From IMG/VR virus record IMGVR_UViG_3300043395_000491, positions 1 to 30,749 of that record: a stretch of DNA of 30,749 bases; one strand, given 5' to 3'. Every line of letters starts with the position of its first letter. Position 1 is the stretch's first letter. This document shows, piece after piece, positions 8,726-17,017 of this stretch. Position numbers and translations under genes: made by a program. Below the pieces are notes generated by a model. That model was given only the letters and a program-made list of their open reading frames with translations, was not told the DNA's origin and ran no database searches. This DNA comes from a virus. Lineage: Duplodnaviria > Caudoviricetes.

Positions 8726-10252
8726 TTAGGCGATTCTACCAGTTTTGAAAAAGGCATCGATTTGTTGAATAGACAATACATCAGCACTAATGTTGGCTTC
8801 AATACCAATCTGAAACACTCTACCAGAACCGCTTACTTGTTGTCTTAGTTGATTGATGATTGTTCCTGAATTGTACTCAGCTATGTTATACTCAGATATG
8901 TTGTATTCTGCTCTTGGCTGTCTTGATGGTAAAGCTATCTGAGCTGCTGAGTAGTTACCTGAATAGTCTGTACCCCAGTTTAAGAAGATCTCAGTGTTAG
9001 AGCCACCAATAACAAGCATGGCAAACTTCTTTAAGATCTTTATGATAGAGGCATTACCAGCATCAATGTGTGATGTGTAATAAGCAAACCTGAATGAACT
9101 GCCATTGTCAGAGTACAGAGCACCATATTCACCGATATAACCTACACGGCTAATGTATAGTTTCCTGTCTCTGGTGGACAATAACGACTTAGGAGCTATA
9201 GTCCAGGTAGTTGCTTTACAGCTACCATCTTGTAGTCGTTGTTTAAGATCAAAGCAATAGGTGTAGATCCTTGACGGTAAACTAAGTAGATAAAATCCGT
9301 TACGTTCATCGAACACAGATTTGATGTCATCAGTAGTTGCGTTAGTGATCACATCAACAATCAAGTCATCACGGACATTCCTTGATACATCGAACAATGG
9401 TCCTGATTTCTCTTGAATAGTTCTACCTAGACTACGTACACCTGTATCAGACAAGAAGAAGATATCACTACCTACATCTTGTACAGAATCTCTAGCAATA
9501 CATCCTACACCATCAATAACCTCTACTAACTGAAGGTTTGTTGTAGGATCGCCTTCAGCACCAGAATAGATGATAGTGCTTTTCTTACAGAATATGATCA
9601 ACAAGCCGTTAAAGGCTGCTAAGGCTGTGATGCTGTCAGAGCCATTAGTTAAGACAGATTCAATGCTGATAGAACCATGAGTACCACCATTCCATTTATA
9701 ACCAATCAATGAATCTGACCAAGTAACTGTCTTCTTATCTGTAGTGGTGTCAGCAACCCATAGACGACCGTAAGCTGCTAACACTTCATTGGCTAATGGC
9801 ACAGTACCTGAATAAGAAGCATGTGCTGACATCTTCTGCCATGTGTTACCAGCATGATCATACAACAGTGGATCATGACCACGTTGAAAAAAGTAAGTAT
9901 GACTATTAAAGTTTACTGCTTTCCAGTTCTGTGCTGTCCAGGTAGCATCAGAGTAAACCTGAGTAAGTGTTGTTGTACCAGTGAAGATCTTCTTATCACC
10001 GATAGAACCGATAACTGTAGTACCATCAGACTTAACAATCTCAAAGATCAATGATGGTTCTTCACCGTTAAAACCTAACGTAGTGTTAACGTTATCCCAA
10101 CCTTTTCTAGCTGCAATACGACCATACTGATCAATAACAGCATTCTCAGCACGAAGTGCAAACTCTTTAGGTAAAGCTACAGAAGAGTCTTGAGTATTGA
10201 GACCAGCAAAGCCTGGGGCAACAATACTTACTGATTGTAGCTCAGCAGCCAT
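8726..10252 (-). CDS. Tail nozzle / tail tubular protein B (P22 gp10 / T7 gp12-like)
   Basis: About 508 aa, beta-propeller-like (APGFAGLN, GRLW, GVGCIARDS, FFLSDTGVRSL); start re-assigned to the ATG in the TAATG overlap at 10252. Confidence 0.8.
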   Translation of the reverse strand: MAAELQSVSIVAPGFAGLNTQDSSVALPKEFALRAENAVIDQYGRIAARKGWDNVNTTLGFNGEEPSLIFEIVKSDGTTVIGSIGDKKIFTGTTTLTQVYSDATWTAQNWKAVNFNSHTYFFQRGHDPLLYDHAGNTWQKMSAHASYSGTVPLANEVLAAYGRLWVADTTTDKKTVTWSDSLIGYKWNGGTHGSISIESVLTNGSDSITALAAFNGLLIIFCKKSTIIYSGAEGDPTTNLQLVEVIDGVGCIARDSVQDVGSDIFFLSDTGVRSLGRTIQEKSGPLFDVSRNVRDDLIVDVITNATTDDIKSVFDERNGFYLLSLPSRIYTYCFDLKQRLQDGSCKATTWTIAPKSLLSTRDRKLYISRVGYIGEYGALYSDNGSSFRFAYYTSHIDAGNASIIKILKKFAMLVIGGSNTEIFLNWGTDYSGNYSAAQIALPSRQPRAEYNISEYNIAEYNSGTIINQLRQQVSGSGRVFQIGIEANISADVLSIQQIDAFFKTGRIA

Positions 10253-10905
10253 TATGACCACTCCCAGGTTGTTTCATCACCGTAACGCTCTGCCTCAATA
10301 GAGATATAAGAAGCCACTGCTTTACGGTATAGATCAGCTTGTTGTTCGCTTAAACGTCCACCATCTTCACCACGTTCATTGATAGCACGAAGATAAGCAC
10401 CTTGAATAACTAACTCTGAAGGGACATAAACAACATCAGTACCAGCGGACAAATCAGCCTGTGGTATAACACAGTCTACCTTTACCGTTAGCACTGACGA
10501 TGGGATAGGCCATAGATCAAGAGTAATAACACCAGTAGATGATGTGCTGTTACCAATAGAAAAATAAAAAGGATCTCCATTCACTGAACCTTGAAGATTA
10601 TTCCATTCATGCATTTGATTCTGTGTAGCTTGTTGAAGATCTCTCTTCAGCGATGGTATGTAAACCACTAACAACCTTGCTCTTGGATTAGTAGTAGGTA
10701 TTTCGTAGTTCTGTGTACCGTTAGCGGTGGTGATTGTTTTTGTTGTACGAAGCACAGACCAGTTCCAAGCATCTTCAACTTCTCTCTTAGCTTCATTAAC
10801 AAAATCACCAATTAACTTAACATAGGCTGTATCAGTTGGCGTGATAGCCTCTGTCTCTCGTATACGGCGTAGAACACCATTGATGCAGTCTAAGAATGTA
10901 GCCAT
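10252..10905 (-). CDS. Head-tail adaptor / tail tubular protein A
   Basis: INGVLRRIRE, FVNEAKREVE..WNWSVLR, LWPIP motifs; precedes the nozzle; start at TAATG overlap. Confidence 0.8.
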   Translation of the reverse strand: MATFLDCINGVLRRIRETEAITPTDTAYVKLIGDFVNEAKREVEDAWNWSVLRTTKTITTANGTQNYEIPTTNPRARLLVVYIPSLKRDLQQATQNQMHEWNNLQGSVNGDPFYFSIGNSTSSTGVITLDLWPIPSSVLTVKVDCVIPQADLSAGTDVVYVPSELVIQGAYLRAINERGEDGGRLSEQQADLYRKAVASYISIEAERYGDETTWEWS

Positions 10906-11165
10906 TACCATTTCACCTTATCAGCCCAGTACGCAGCAGACATCTTACCTTTAGCAATGTTCTTAGCGTGGCGAGCCTTGAATGATTTATTTCTAGCAGA
11001 ACCTTCTGGAGAACCTGAAACACCTTGTTGACCGAACCGAATCGTCTTAACTTGATCACCGTCCTTTGCTACAACAATGTGAGATTTAGTAGGATGTGTT
11101 GGGGTTTTTTTAGGGCGATTATATCCAGACACTCCTGCTCTTTCCAGCCTAGAATCCTTTTTCAT
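10905..11165 (-). CDS. Small basic protein (DUF6321-like), 86 aa
   Basis: KTIRFGQQG..RNKSFKARH..SAAYWADKVKW. Confidence 0.8.
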   Translation of the reverse strand: MKKDSRLERAGVSGYNRPKKTPTHPTKSHIVVAKDGDQVKTIRFGQQGVSGSPEGSARNKSFKARHAKNIAKGKMSAAYWADKVKW

Positions 11166-11308
11166 TTCTTCTTAGCAGTTTTTGCTGCCTCCTTAAATGC
11201 TTTTGCTGTAGGAGCACCTTTAGTGCCAGGTTTTCTCATCTTCTCACCAGAGCCTTCAGCGATACGCTTACGCTTGGCTTGGATGTTAGCGTATAGTCCT
11301 TCTTTCAT
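11162..11308 (-). CDS. Lys-rich microprotein, 48 aa (not in ORF track)
   Basis: MKEGLYANIQAKRKRIAEGSGEKMRKPGTKGAPTAKAFKEAAKTAKKK*; ATGA overlaps on both sides. Confidence 0.85.
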   Translation of the reverse strand: MKEGLYANIQAKRKRIAEGSGEKMRKPGTKGAPTAKAFKEAAKTAKKK

Positions 11309-11463
11309 TTCTTTTTCTTTGGTTTAGACATACCAGCTTCAGACAAAGCAATAGCAACTGCTTGCTTACGAGACTTAACCACAGGACCACCTTTGCCACT
11401 GTGTAGAGTACCTTCTTTGTACTCTCTCATAACTTTACGTACTTTAGCTGGTTTCTGTTTCAT
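11305..11463 (-). CDS. Lys-rich microprotein, 52 aa (DUF6496-like; not in ORF track)
   Basis: MKQKPAKVRKVMREYKEGTLHSGKGGPVVKSRKQAVAIALSEAGMSKPKKKK*; ATGA overlaps. Confidence 0.85.
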   Translation of the reverse strand: MKQKPAKVRKVMREYKEGTLHSGKGGPVVKSRKQAVAIALSEAGMSKPKKKK

Positions 11464-11612
11464 GTTGGATAACCCATCTTCTTCTCTTTAGCCTTCATAG
11501 CCTTAGACTCTTTCTTCTCATGCATCTTCTTTGCTTTCTTTGATGCATACTCTTCAGCAGCTTTTTTACCTTTAGCTGTGTAAGGAAACTTCTTATTCGC
11601 TACCATCGGCAT
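11460..11612 (-). CDS. Lys-rich microprotein, 50 aa (not in ORF track)
   Basis: AAGGGG SD; MPMVANKKFPYTAKGKKAAEEYASKKAKKMHEKKESKAMKAKEKKMGYPT*. Confidence 0.8.
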   Translation of the reverse strand: MPMVANKKFPYTAKGKKAAEEYASKKAKKMHEKKESKAMKAKEKKMGYPT

Positions 11613-11799
11613 TTTTATTCCCCTTGTTACGTCTAAACATACATTGAACGGTATCTGTTTCCCATATACGAATAGCAGTCCACATAATCGTTAAGATTGC
11701 AGCTATTGCTGGTAGCAGTTCAGCCAAAGTCCCCACCACAGTGAGGATTGAGATAGCATCTCCAACTTGTTTGACATGTTCATCAGCTTGGAGAGCCAT
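11593..11799 (-). CDS. Small membrane protein, 68 aa (possible second holin-like protein)
   Basis: AAGGA SD; hydrophobic core ISILTVVGTLAELLPAIAAILTIMWTAIRIW and basic tail. Confidence 0.75.
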   Translation of the reverse strand: MALQADEHVKQVGDAISILTVVGTLAELLPAIAAILTIMWTAIRIWETDTVQCMFRRNKGNKNADGSE

Positions 11800-11822
11800 G
11801 TTTGTTGTCCTTAGGTCTCATG

Positions 11823-12086
11823 TTAAGGATTTGGTTGTACTACCAACTGCGATGCCAACTGCGCTGCTTCATAGGCTGCTACAACCTCTGGTGTCCACGC
11901 TGCTTGAGCAATCGCTACCACCTTCTCTGGTTGGTCTGTGAGGTCTTGTCCTGGTGTTAGGGATGTTCGGTGATAGGTCTGGGTTAAGACTTTACCGTCC
12001 TCAATGATACGGGTGGCTTCACGGTAAAGCACTGTACCGTTTTCAACGACAGTGATCTGGTCTACTACGGTTTCTTTGGTAATCAT
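11823..12086 (-). CDS. Putative tail fibre assembly/accessory protein, 87 aa
   Basis: AAGGA SD; immediately downstream of the fibre gene; ends AWTPEVVAAY. Confidence 0.65.
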   Translation of the reverse strand: MITKETVVDQITVVENGTVLYREATRIIEDGKVLTQTYHRTSLTPGQDLTDQPEKVVAIAQAAWTPEVVAAYEAAQLASQLVVQPNP

Positions 12087-12115
12087 TTAAGTTCCTTTCC
12101 GGTTTAAGAATCCAC

Positions 12116-13522
12116 TTAAACTGTGTAGCTTAATGAAAACTGAAAATAGTTTCCGTTGCTGTTCTGATTTACTAAATTTGTGGTTGTAAAACTTGGGTTT
12201 GCTGTTGAACCATCTTTATAAATACCAGCGGTTGTACCACTCCCAACTACTTTAGTTGGTAAGGCAGATGGTTGTACATATGTGCCAGCAGCGTCTAGTA
12301 CATATAAAACACCTATTCCAGAAGTCCCCACAGTAAAAGGAAGTCCTGCAAAAGATACTAACCCAGACCCACCAGTAAAACTTGATGTTGTATAGAGCAC
12401 TCCATAAACCCACACCAAGTTACCTACTTTTGTATATTTACCCGTTTGCCCCGCATAACCTAAACCCGAAAAAGCACCGCCAGCCGACGTTAATGTTGGT
12501 GTCCAAGTCCCCTCCTCATAATCATCCAGCGTATTAGCGTCTGAGGATGCAGATTGCGTGGCGGGGAAGGTGATGCCGTTGGATACTTGTATGACCCCCC
12601 CAGAAGCATTGTTGGTGGTTGTACCAACTAGTAAGTTACCACCGGAGTCGATACGCATCCGCTCGGTGCTGGCTGTGTAAAAGGTCGTGCCGAGAGAAGC
12701 TCCGCCCACCTGCGAGATACGCAGTTCGCCAGTGCTGAAAATATATTGCAAAGTTCCGTTGTAAGACGCATTGTTTCCAAGCGTCATTGTTCCGTTGGTA
12801 GCAGTGCTGTCAGAAACAGTCAGACGAGCGAGAGGCGAACTCGTCCCAATCCCTACGTTGCCTGCGGAGTCAATACGCAACCGCTCAGAGCCATCAGTCT
12901 GAACAGTAACGGTTCCGTTTGATCCTGTATCGCTAACAGTGACATTGGAATCACCAGCAGAGATTGATGCTCCACCAGACGTTGAAAGCGTACCGGCGGA
13001 CAAAGATAGACCACTACCAACAGTTACGTTACTGAAACCACCACTACCATTGTTAGCTAATAACTGTGCTGAAGTACCTGTTGTAGCAGCGGCATAGTCT
13101 GTTCCAGCAGCGGCATTGCTAAAGCCTCCTGTACCGTTTCCTTTTAGGATTGTTGTACCAGATGTTGCTGGTGCATAATCAGTACCAGCAGTTGCTGTAG
13201 TGATTGCGGACGTACCAGCACCTTTCAACAAAGCACCCGCACTAAAGGTATTAGTACCAGTACCACCATTAGCAACTAGAAGCGTACCTGTAACACCTGT
13301 CGTTAATGGTAATCCAGTCGCATTAGTCAACACTGCTGCTGATGGTGTACCTAAGTTAGGTGTAACCAGTGTAGGAGAGTTTAGATCTGCTTTAGTAGCA
13401 ATAGCCGTAGCTATGTTATCAAACTCTGTGTTGATCTCAGTGCCTTTTACAACCTTATTCGCATTACCGCTTGGTAAGGAGTCTTTAGCAGCAAAGTTAG
13501 TGCTTTTGGTATAGTTAGACAC
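12116..13522 (-). CDS. Tail fibre protein
   Basis: GAGGA SD then GTG at 13522 (MSNYTKSTNF..KGTEINTEFDNIATAI anchor); VANGGTG, ERxRIDSxGN repeats, NTLDDYEEGTWTP, GKYTKVGNLV..GLPF tip domain. Confidence 0.85.
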   Translation of the reverse strand: MSNYTKSTNFAAKDSLPSGNANKVVKGTEINTEFDNIATAIATKADLNSPTLVTPNLGTPSAAVLTNATGLPLTTGVTGTLLVANGGTGTNTFSAGALLKGAGTSAITTATAGTDYAPATSGTTILKGNGTGGFSNAAAGTDYAAATTGTSAQLLANNGSGGFSNVTVGSGLSLSAGTLSTSGGASISAGDSNVTVSDTGSNGTVTVQTDGSERLRIDSAGNVGIGTSSPLARLTVSDSTATNGTMTLGNNASYNGTLQYIFSTGELRISQVGGASLGTTFYTASTERMRIDSGGNLLVGTTTNNASGGVIQVSNGITFPATQSASSDANTLDDYEEGTWTPTLTSAGGAFSGLGYAGQTGKYTKVGNLVWVYGVLYTTSSFTGGSGLVSFAGLPFTVGTSGIGVLYVLDAAGTYVQPSALPTKVVGSGTTAGIYKDGSTANPSFTTTNLVNQNSNGNYFQFSLSYTV

Positions 13523-13524
13523 AA

Positions 13525-13686
13525 TCAATCCTCTTTAGTTGACTTTGTGACCTTAACTTTACTTTCTTGTTTTTTATCTTCTTCTTTTACTTCTTCATAG
13601 TCTGGATGCCTACGCATCTGCTCAATGTCGTATTCGTATTCAACATTCATTAAGTTGTTTGACCATTTGCATCTAAAAGTGACCAT
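13525..13686 (-). CDS. Hypothetical protein, 53 aa (not in ORF track)
   Basis: GAGGT SD; MVTFRCKWSNNLMNVEYEYDIEQMRRHPDYEEVKEEDKKQESKVKVTKSTKED*; fills the gap between capsid and fibre genes. Confidence 0.8.
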   Translation of the reverse strand: MVTFRCKWSNNLMNVEYEYDIEQMRRHPDYEEVKEEDKKQESKVKVTKSTKED

Positions 13687-13702
13687 AGTAACCTCTTATA
13701 TG

Positions 13703-13730
13703 AAAGAGGCTGCCGAAGCAGCCCCTCTTT
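13703..13730 (-). terminator. Terminator/attenuator after the major capsid gene
   Basis: Minus strand AAAGAGGGGCTGC-TTCG-GCAGCCTCTTT: C(UUCG)G tetraloop with a short U tail, consistent with partial read-through. Confidence 0.85.
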
Positions 13731-13738
13731 AGCTTTTA

Positions 13739-14713
13739 TTAGCTAGGGATGATCAAAGCAATACCAGCATCGTTACGAAGCTCTGCAACACCGTACAGCG
13801 TGTCAGCAGTATACAGCGTAGCAAGGTACTCTTGCTTGTACTGAGCCTGTGAGCGAACAGCCATTTGCTCTGCAAGAACCATTGCATCCTTATGGAACAT
13901 CAAGCAAGCACGAGGAGCAGTACCGGACGAAGCATAAGCAGTGTCAGCGTTGCTGCTAACAAACACTTTAACACCGTACACATCACCGATCTGACCGTTA
14001 CGGATGGTGTTGTTACCACCTTGCTCACCAACAAAAGCTTGTTCGGTGAAACGAGCAAGACCCATGAGGGTGTTACGAGCAACAGGAGGAATAACCAAGT
14101 AACGACCATCTTGAGGCACGTTAGCATCATCAAGACGCTGAATCGTACGACGAATAGCAGCATCAGTTAGTGCAGTTGCGTTACCAGCACCAGCACCACC
14201 AACAAAGGCTGTAGTACCATCACCACCGATGTAGGCAGTGGTTGTACCGGATACACTGTAGTCACCAGTAGCACCAGCGGCATGAGAGCCGTTGAAGAGA
14301 CGACCGATCTGGATTAGATCAGAGTCAACCTGCGTAGCCAATGCATAACCAGCATCTTCAGTGTAGAAACGACGAAGCGAAGCAAGAGCTTGAACTTCGA
14401 CGATGTCCTCAATCAAACGTGAGTATTCGTAGTGCTTGTTAATGGTAACTTGCACTTCAGACTCAACGTTCGCCTGAATTGTAACAGCAGTGTTAGCTGC
14501 TTTAGCGAATGCTGCACCACGAGTGGGGCTAGGAATATGAAGCGTATCACCTTTCTTACCACGCATTGTCATCTTGTTGACGAGGTTCGCCATAACAAGT
14601 GATTTCTTGTAAGAAGCGATGATTTCATCAGACCAAATCTCAGGTACAAATTTATCTGCGTTGGTCTTGTTTACGATGGAGGTACTACCTCCAGGATAAG
14701 TTGCTGTAGCCAT
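13739..14713 (-). CDS. Major capsid protein (HK97 fold), 324 aa
   Basis: FVPEIWS, KKGDTLHIP, YALATQVDSDL, LDDANVPQDGR, NGQIGDVYGVKVFVS, DTLYG; follows scaffold, followed by terminator. Confidence 0.93.
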   Translation of the reverse strand: MATATYPGGSTSIVNKTNADKFVPEIWSDEIIASYKKSLVMANLVNKMTMRGKKGDTLHIPSPTRGAAFAKAANTAVTIQANVESEVQVTINKHYEYSRLIEDIVEVQALASLRRFYTEDAGYALATQVDSDLIQIGRLFNGSHAAGATGDYSVSGTTTAYIGGDGTTAFVGGAGAGNATALTDAAIRRTIQRLDDANVPQDGRYLVIPPVARNTLMGLARFTEQAFVGEQGGNNTIRNGQIGDVYGVKVFVSSNADTAYASSGTAPRACLMFHKDAMVLAEQMAVRSQAQYKQEYLATLYTADTLYGVAELRNDAGIALIIPS

Positions 14714-14734
14714 TTTAATGTCCTTAAAGTTAGG

Positions 14735-15517
14735 TTATCGGACCCTACCATCGCTATAGGCTGACATGATGTCATCTTGTAGTGCCATATAACGTTCAGG
14801 GTCAGTCATTTGAAGTCGAATAAGATCTGCTCGACGATAAATTTTCTTGCTCGTCTCACCAGTAGCACCATCAACTGCTACAGTAGCTGCTTTGAGTGTT
14901 TGATTACGTTGTTCCTGAAGCTGTTGTGCTGCTTGCTGAACAGTGTCCTGTTTAGCTTTCTTCAATGCTTTGAAGTTAGACAACAACTCATTAGCGGAAT
15001 CGAAATCAAACTGTTTGTCTGCTGCTACGTACAATCGTTGACGTACAGGTGACTCATTTACCCATGAAGCAAACTCAGGATCAGCAATGACTTGAGTATA
15101 ATCAGGGTGTGATTGAGCTAGCCTGTTTGCTGTTTGCATCCTAGCCATCTGTGTTGCAGCCTGTTGAGCCTGAACAACTGCTGGATGGGATTCAACTGCT
15201 TTGTTAACTGCCTTAACAGGATCGGCAAAAAAGTCAGTATCATCTTCGATAGCTTTAGCAGGTTGATCCTGCGGTGTGATTTGCCTTTTGATGAGTTCAT
15301 CAGCTAACTTACGAACTTCTCCAACTTCTTGTGCTTGACGACCAATTAGCTTTTCAGCCTCCTGGTGCATCCTTATGATGTCATCTAACGATTTACCCTT
15401 ATACTTCTCAGGGATCGTAGGTTCTTCCTGAGTTGGTGCTGCTTCAGCCTTAGCCTCTACAGCCTGAAATTCATCGTTACCTACTTCATCATCTAGAGAT
15501 TCTACAAATTCAGCCAT
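14735..15517 (-). CDS. Capsid scaffolding protein, 260 aa
   Basis: Acidic N-terminus, IPEKYKGKS..EAEKLIGRQ, C-terminal DPERY..AYSDGRVR; directly upstream of the capsid gene. Confidence 0.85.
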   Translation of the reverse strand: MAEFVESLDDEVGNDEFQAVEAKAEAAPTQEEPTIPEKYKGKSLDDIIRMHQEAEKLIGRQAQEVGEVRKLADELIKRQITPQDQPAKAIEDDTDFFADPVKAVNKAVESHPAVVQAQQAATQMARMQTANRLAQSHPDYTQVIADPEFASWVNESPVRQRLYVAADKQFDFDSANELLSNFKALKKAKQDTVQQAAQQLQEQRNQTLKAATVAVDGATGETSKKIYRRADLIRLQMTDPERYMALQDDIMSAYSDGRVR

Positions 15518-15523
15518 CTGCTT

Positions 15524-15555
15524 CTCCTAGTCGGGTATAACCCAATTGTTAGGAA
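15524..15555 (-). promoter_or_regulatory. RNA hairpin pairing with the scaffold gene SD
   Basis: Minus strand UUCCUA-acaa-UUGGGU-uau-ACCCGA-c-UAGGAG; the 3' arm contains the AGGAG SD. Confidence 0.55.
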
Positions 15556-15572
15556 TTAAAAAGGAATCTAAG

Positions 15573-15812
15573 TTATCCCTCATAATAGGACTTAGACTTT
15601 GCTACGTTTACTGCTTGTTCATGCATCGTTGCCCATCTATCAGAAGCTGTTGGAAAAGCACCAGTGATGCCTTCTAGTTTGCTTCTAGGAGATGCTAACT
15701 GTCTTTGTGCTAACAAGTCACAGTGTGGGCACTGTATTTCTTTAACATAGTGATCTGTGTATCTTTCAGTAACATGTCCGTTAGCACACTCAAAATCATT
15801 TAGTATCCTCAT
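15573..15812 (-). CDS. FmdB-like zinc-ribbon protein, 79 aa
   Basis: DFECANGH..CPHC..RQLASP. Confidence 0.75.
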   Translation of the reverse strand: MRILNDFECANGHVTERYTDHYVKEIQCPHCDLLAQRQLASPRSKLEGITGAFPTASDRWATMHEQAVNVAKSKSYYEG

Positions 15813-16041
15813 TGACTAAATCCTCATAGGCTTTTTCCCAAACTTCATGCATCGTTAGGAGCCAATCTAAAGCTTTTAGTTGACCTTTACGTTCTTGTAG
15901 TTCTTCGCCACTAGAGATAGTGGTTATGTCCGCTACTGCGTCTCTGTACTCTTTAGCATCTTCCAACAGAGTTTTCCATCCTGGATGACTCATAAGGTCG
16001 AAGCGCTCTTCGTAGTACTTTAGTAACTTAGTAGTATCCAT
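15796..16041 (-). CDS. Hypothetical head-module protein, 81 aa
   Basis: YYEERFDLMSHPGWK..RKGQL; helical; no SD, probably leaderless. Confidence 0.8.
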   Translation of the reverse strand: MDTTKLLKYYEERFDLMSHPGWKTLLEDAKEYRDAVADITTISSGEELQERKGQLKALDWLLTMHEVWEKAYEDLVNEDTK

Positions 16042-16048
16042 TGTTGTT

Positions 16049-16078
16049 ATTTTACCACAGTGAAAATATTGTTGTAAA
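16049..16078 (-). promoter_or_regulatory. Sigma70-type promoter for the head genes (leaderless transcript predicted)
   Basis: TTTACA-18 nt-TAAAAT with TGn extended -10; 7 nt between the -10 box and the ATG at 16041. Confidence 0.7.
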
Positions 16079-16083
16079 GAGCC

Positions 16084-16112
16084 TTGACTACGTAAGTAAA
16101 ACGTGTTACAAT
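16084..16112 (+). promoter_or_regulatory. Sigma70 promoter of the endonuclease gene
   Basis: TTGACT-17 nt-TACAAT with TGn extended -10; GGAG SD at 16123-16126. Confidence 0.8.
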
Positions 16113-16131
16113 AACCCTTTCGGGAGACTCT

Positions 16132-16710
16132 ATGAAATCAATGCACTTTGCTAAAAGTAAGCTAACACCAGAAGAAAGACTAGATCTTGTTTGTCGTTTA
16201 GTTCTTCTAGGTAAACAAACTGATGAAATCAGGGTTGATCTAGGTAATGTCAGTCGTCAACGAGTACATCAGTTGTTTAACAAGTTAGTGTCTTTAGGTA
16301 GACTTACGTATGAACAATTACCTAGACAAGCTACGTTACTGAAGAGACGATCTAGTTACAAACAGAAGTGGGGACATTTCCCTGAAGAATCTTATTTTCG
16401 TGCTGATGAGTTCTACCAGATTATTAGAGAGAAGTTCAGACGTAAGAAAGCATCTAACTACAAACATGATTGGGATATAGAGTTCAATGACCTAACATTC
16501 CCTACTCATTGTCCGATATTAGGTATTGAGTTAGACTACCTAGCTAGTTTCCGTTCAGACAACTCTCCAAGCTTTGATAGGATTGATTCCTCTAAAGGAT
16601 ACGTCAAAGGAAACGTAGTTATCTTATCTTGGAGAGCTAACCGTATTAAGAATGATGGTACTGCTGAAGAACATCAAAAGATAGCAGACTTTATGCGATC
16701 TGTGATGTAG
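16132..16710 (+). CDS. HTH plus His-Me-finger (HNH-like) endonuclease, putative homing endonuclease
   Basis: N-terminal HTH (VSRQRVHQL); C-terminal CPILG..SPSFDRIDSSKGYVKGNVVILSWRANRIK; antisense to all neighbours. Confidence 0.8.
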   Translation: MKSMHFAKSKLTPEERLDLVCRLVLLGKQTDEIRVDLGNVSRQRVHQLFNKLVSLGRLTYEQLPRQATLLKRRSSYKQKWGHFPEESYFRADEFYQIIREKFRRKKASNYKHDWDIEFNDLTFPTHCPILGIELDYLASFRSDNSPSFDRIDSSKGYVKGNVVILSWRANRIKNDGTAEEHQKIADFMRSVM

Positions 16711-17008
16711 TAAACATAGTTACCTGATCTGTAGTCAGTAGTGTAGGTAGATCTATAGTCTCTATTGGCTCTATAGCCTCTACAGTACCCCAGGCACTTT
16801 CAACCCAGGCCATGTCTGCATGGTTCCAGTTCCACTGCCATCCTGCCCTGTCTGCTGGCTTAGGGTCTCTGATGATCCATTCCCAGTTTAGCCATACCAA
16901 CTCTTTGCCATCAGGGATGTCTGTTGGAGGCGAAGGAGCTTGTTGCCAGCCTTCAGTACCGTCTGTTTCAGTGCTTGGGATAGACCCGTTCTTTGTCCAG
17001 TATTGCAT
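16691..17008 (-). CDS. Trp/Pro-rich fibre accessory/assembly protein, 105 aa
   Basis: AGGA SD; follows the LamG protein; WxWN-type motifs; 3' end overlaps the endonuclease gene by 20 nt. Confidence 0.6.
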   Translation of the reverse strand: MQYWTKNGSIPSTETDGTEGWQQAPSPPTDIPDGKELVWLNWEWIIRDPKPADRAGWQWNWNHADMAWVESAWGTVEAIEPIETIDLPTLLTTDQVTMFTTSQIA

Positions 17009-17017
17009 GGTCTAGTC

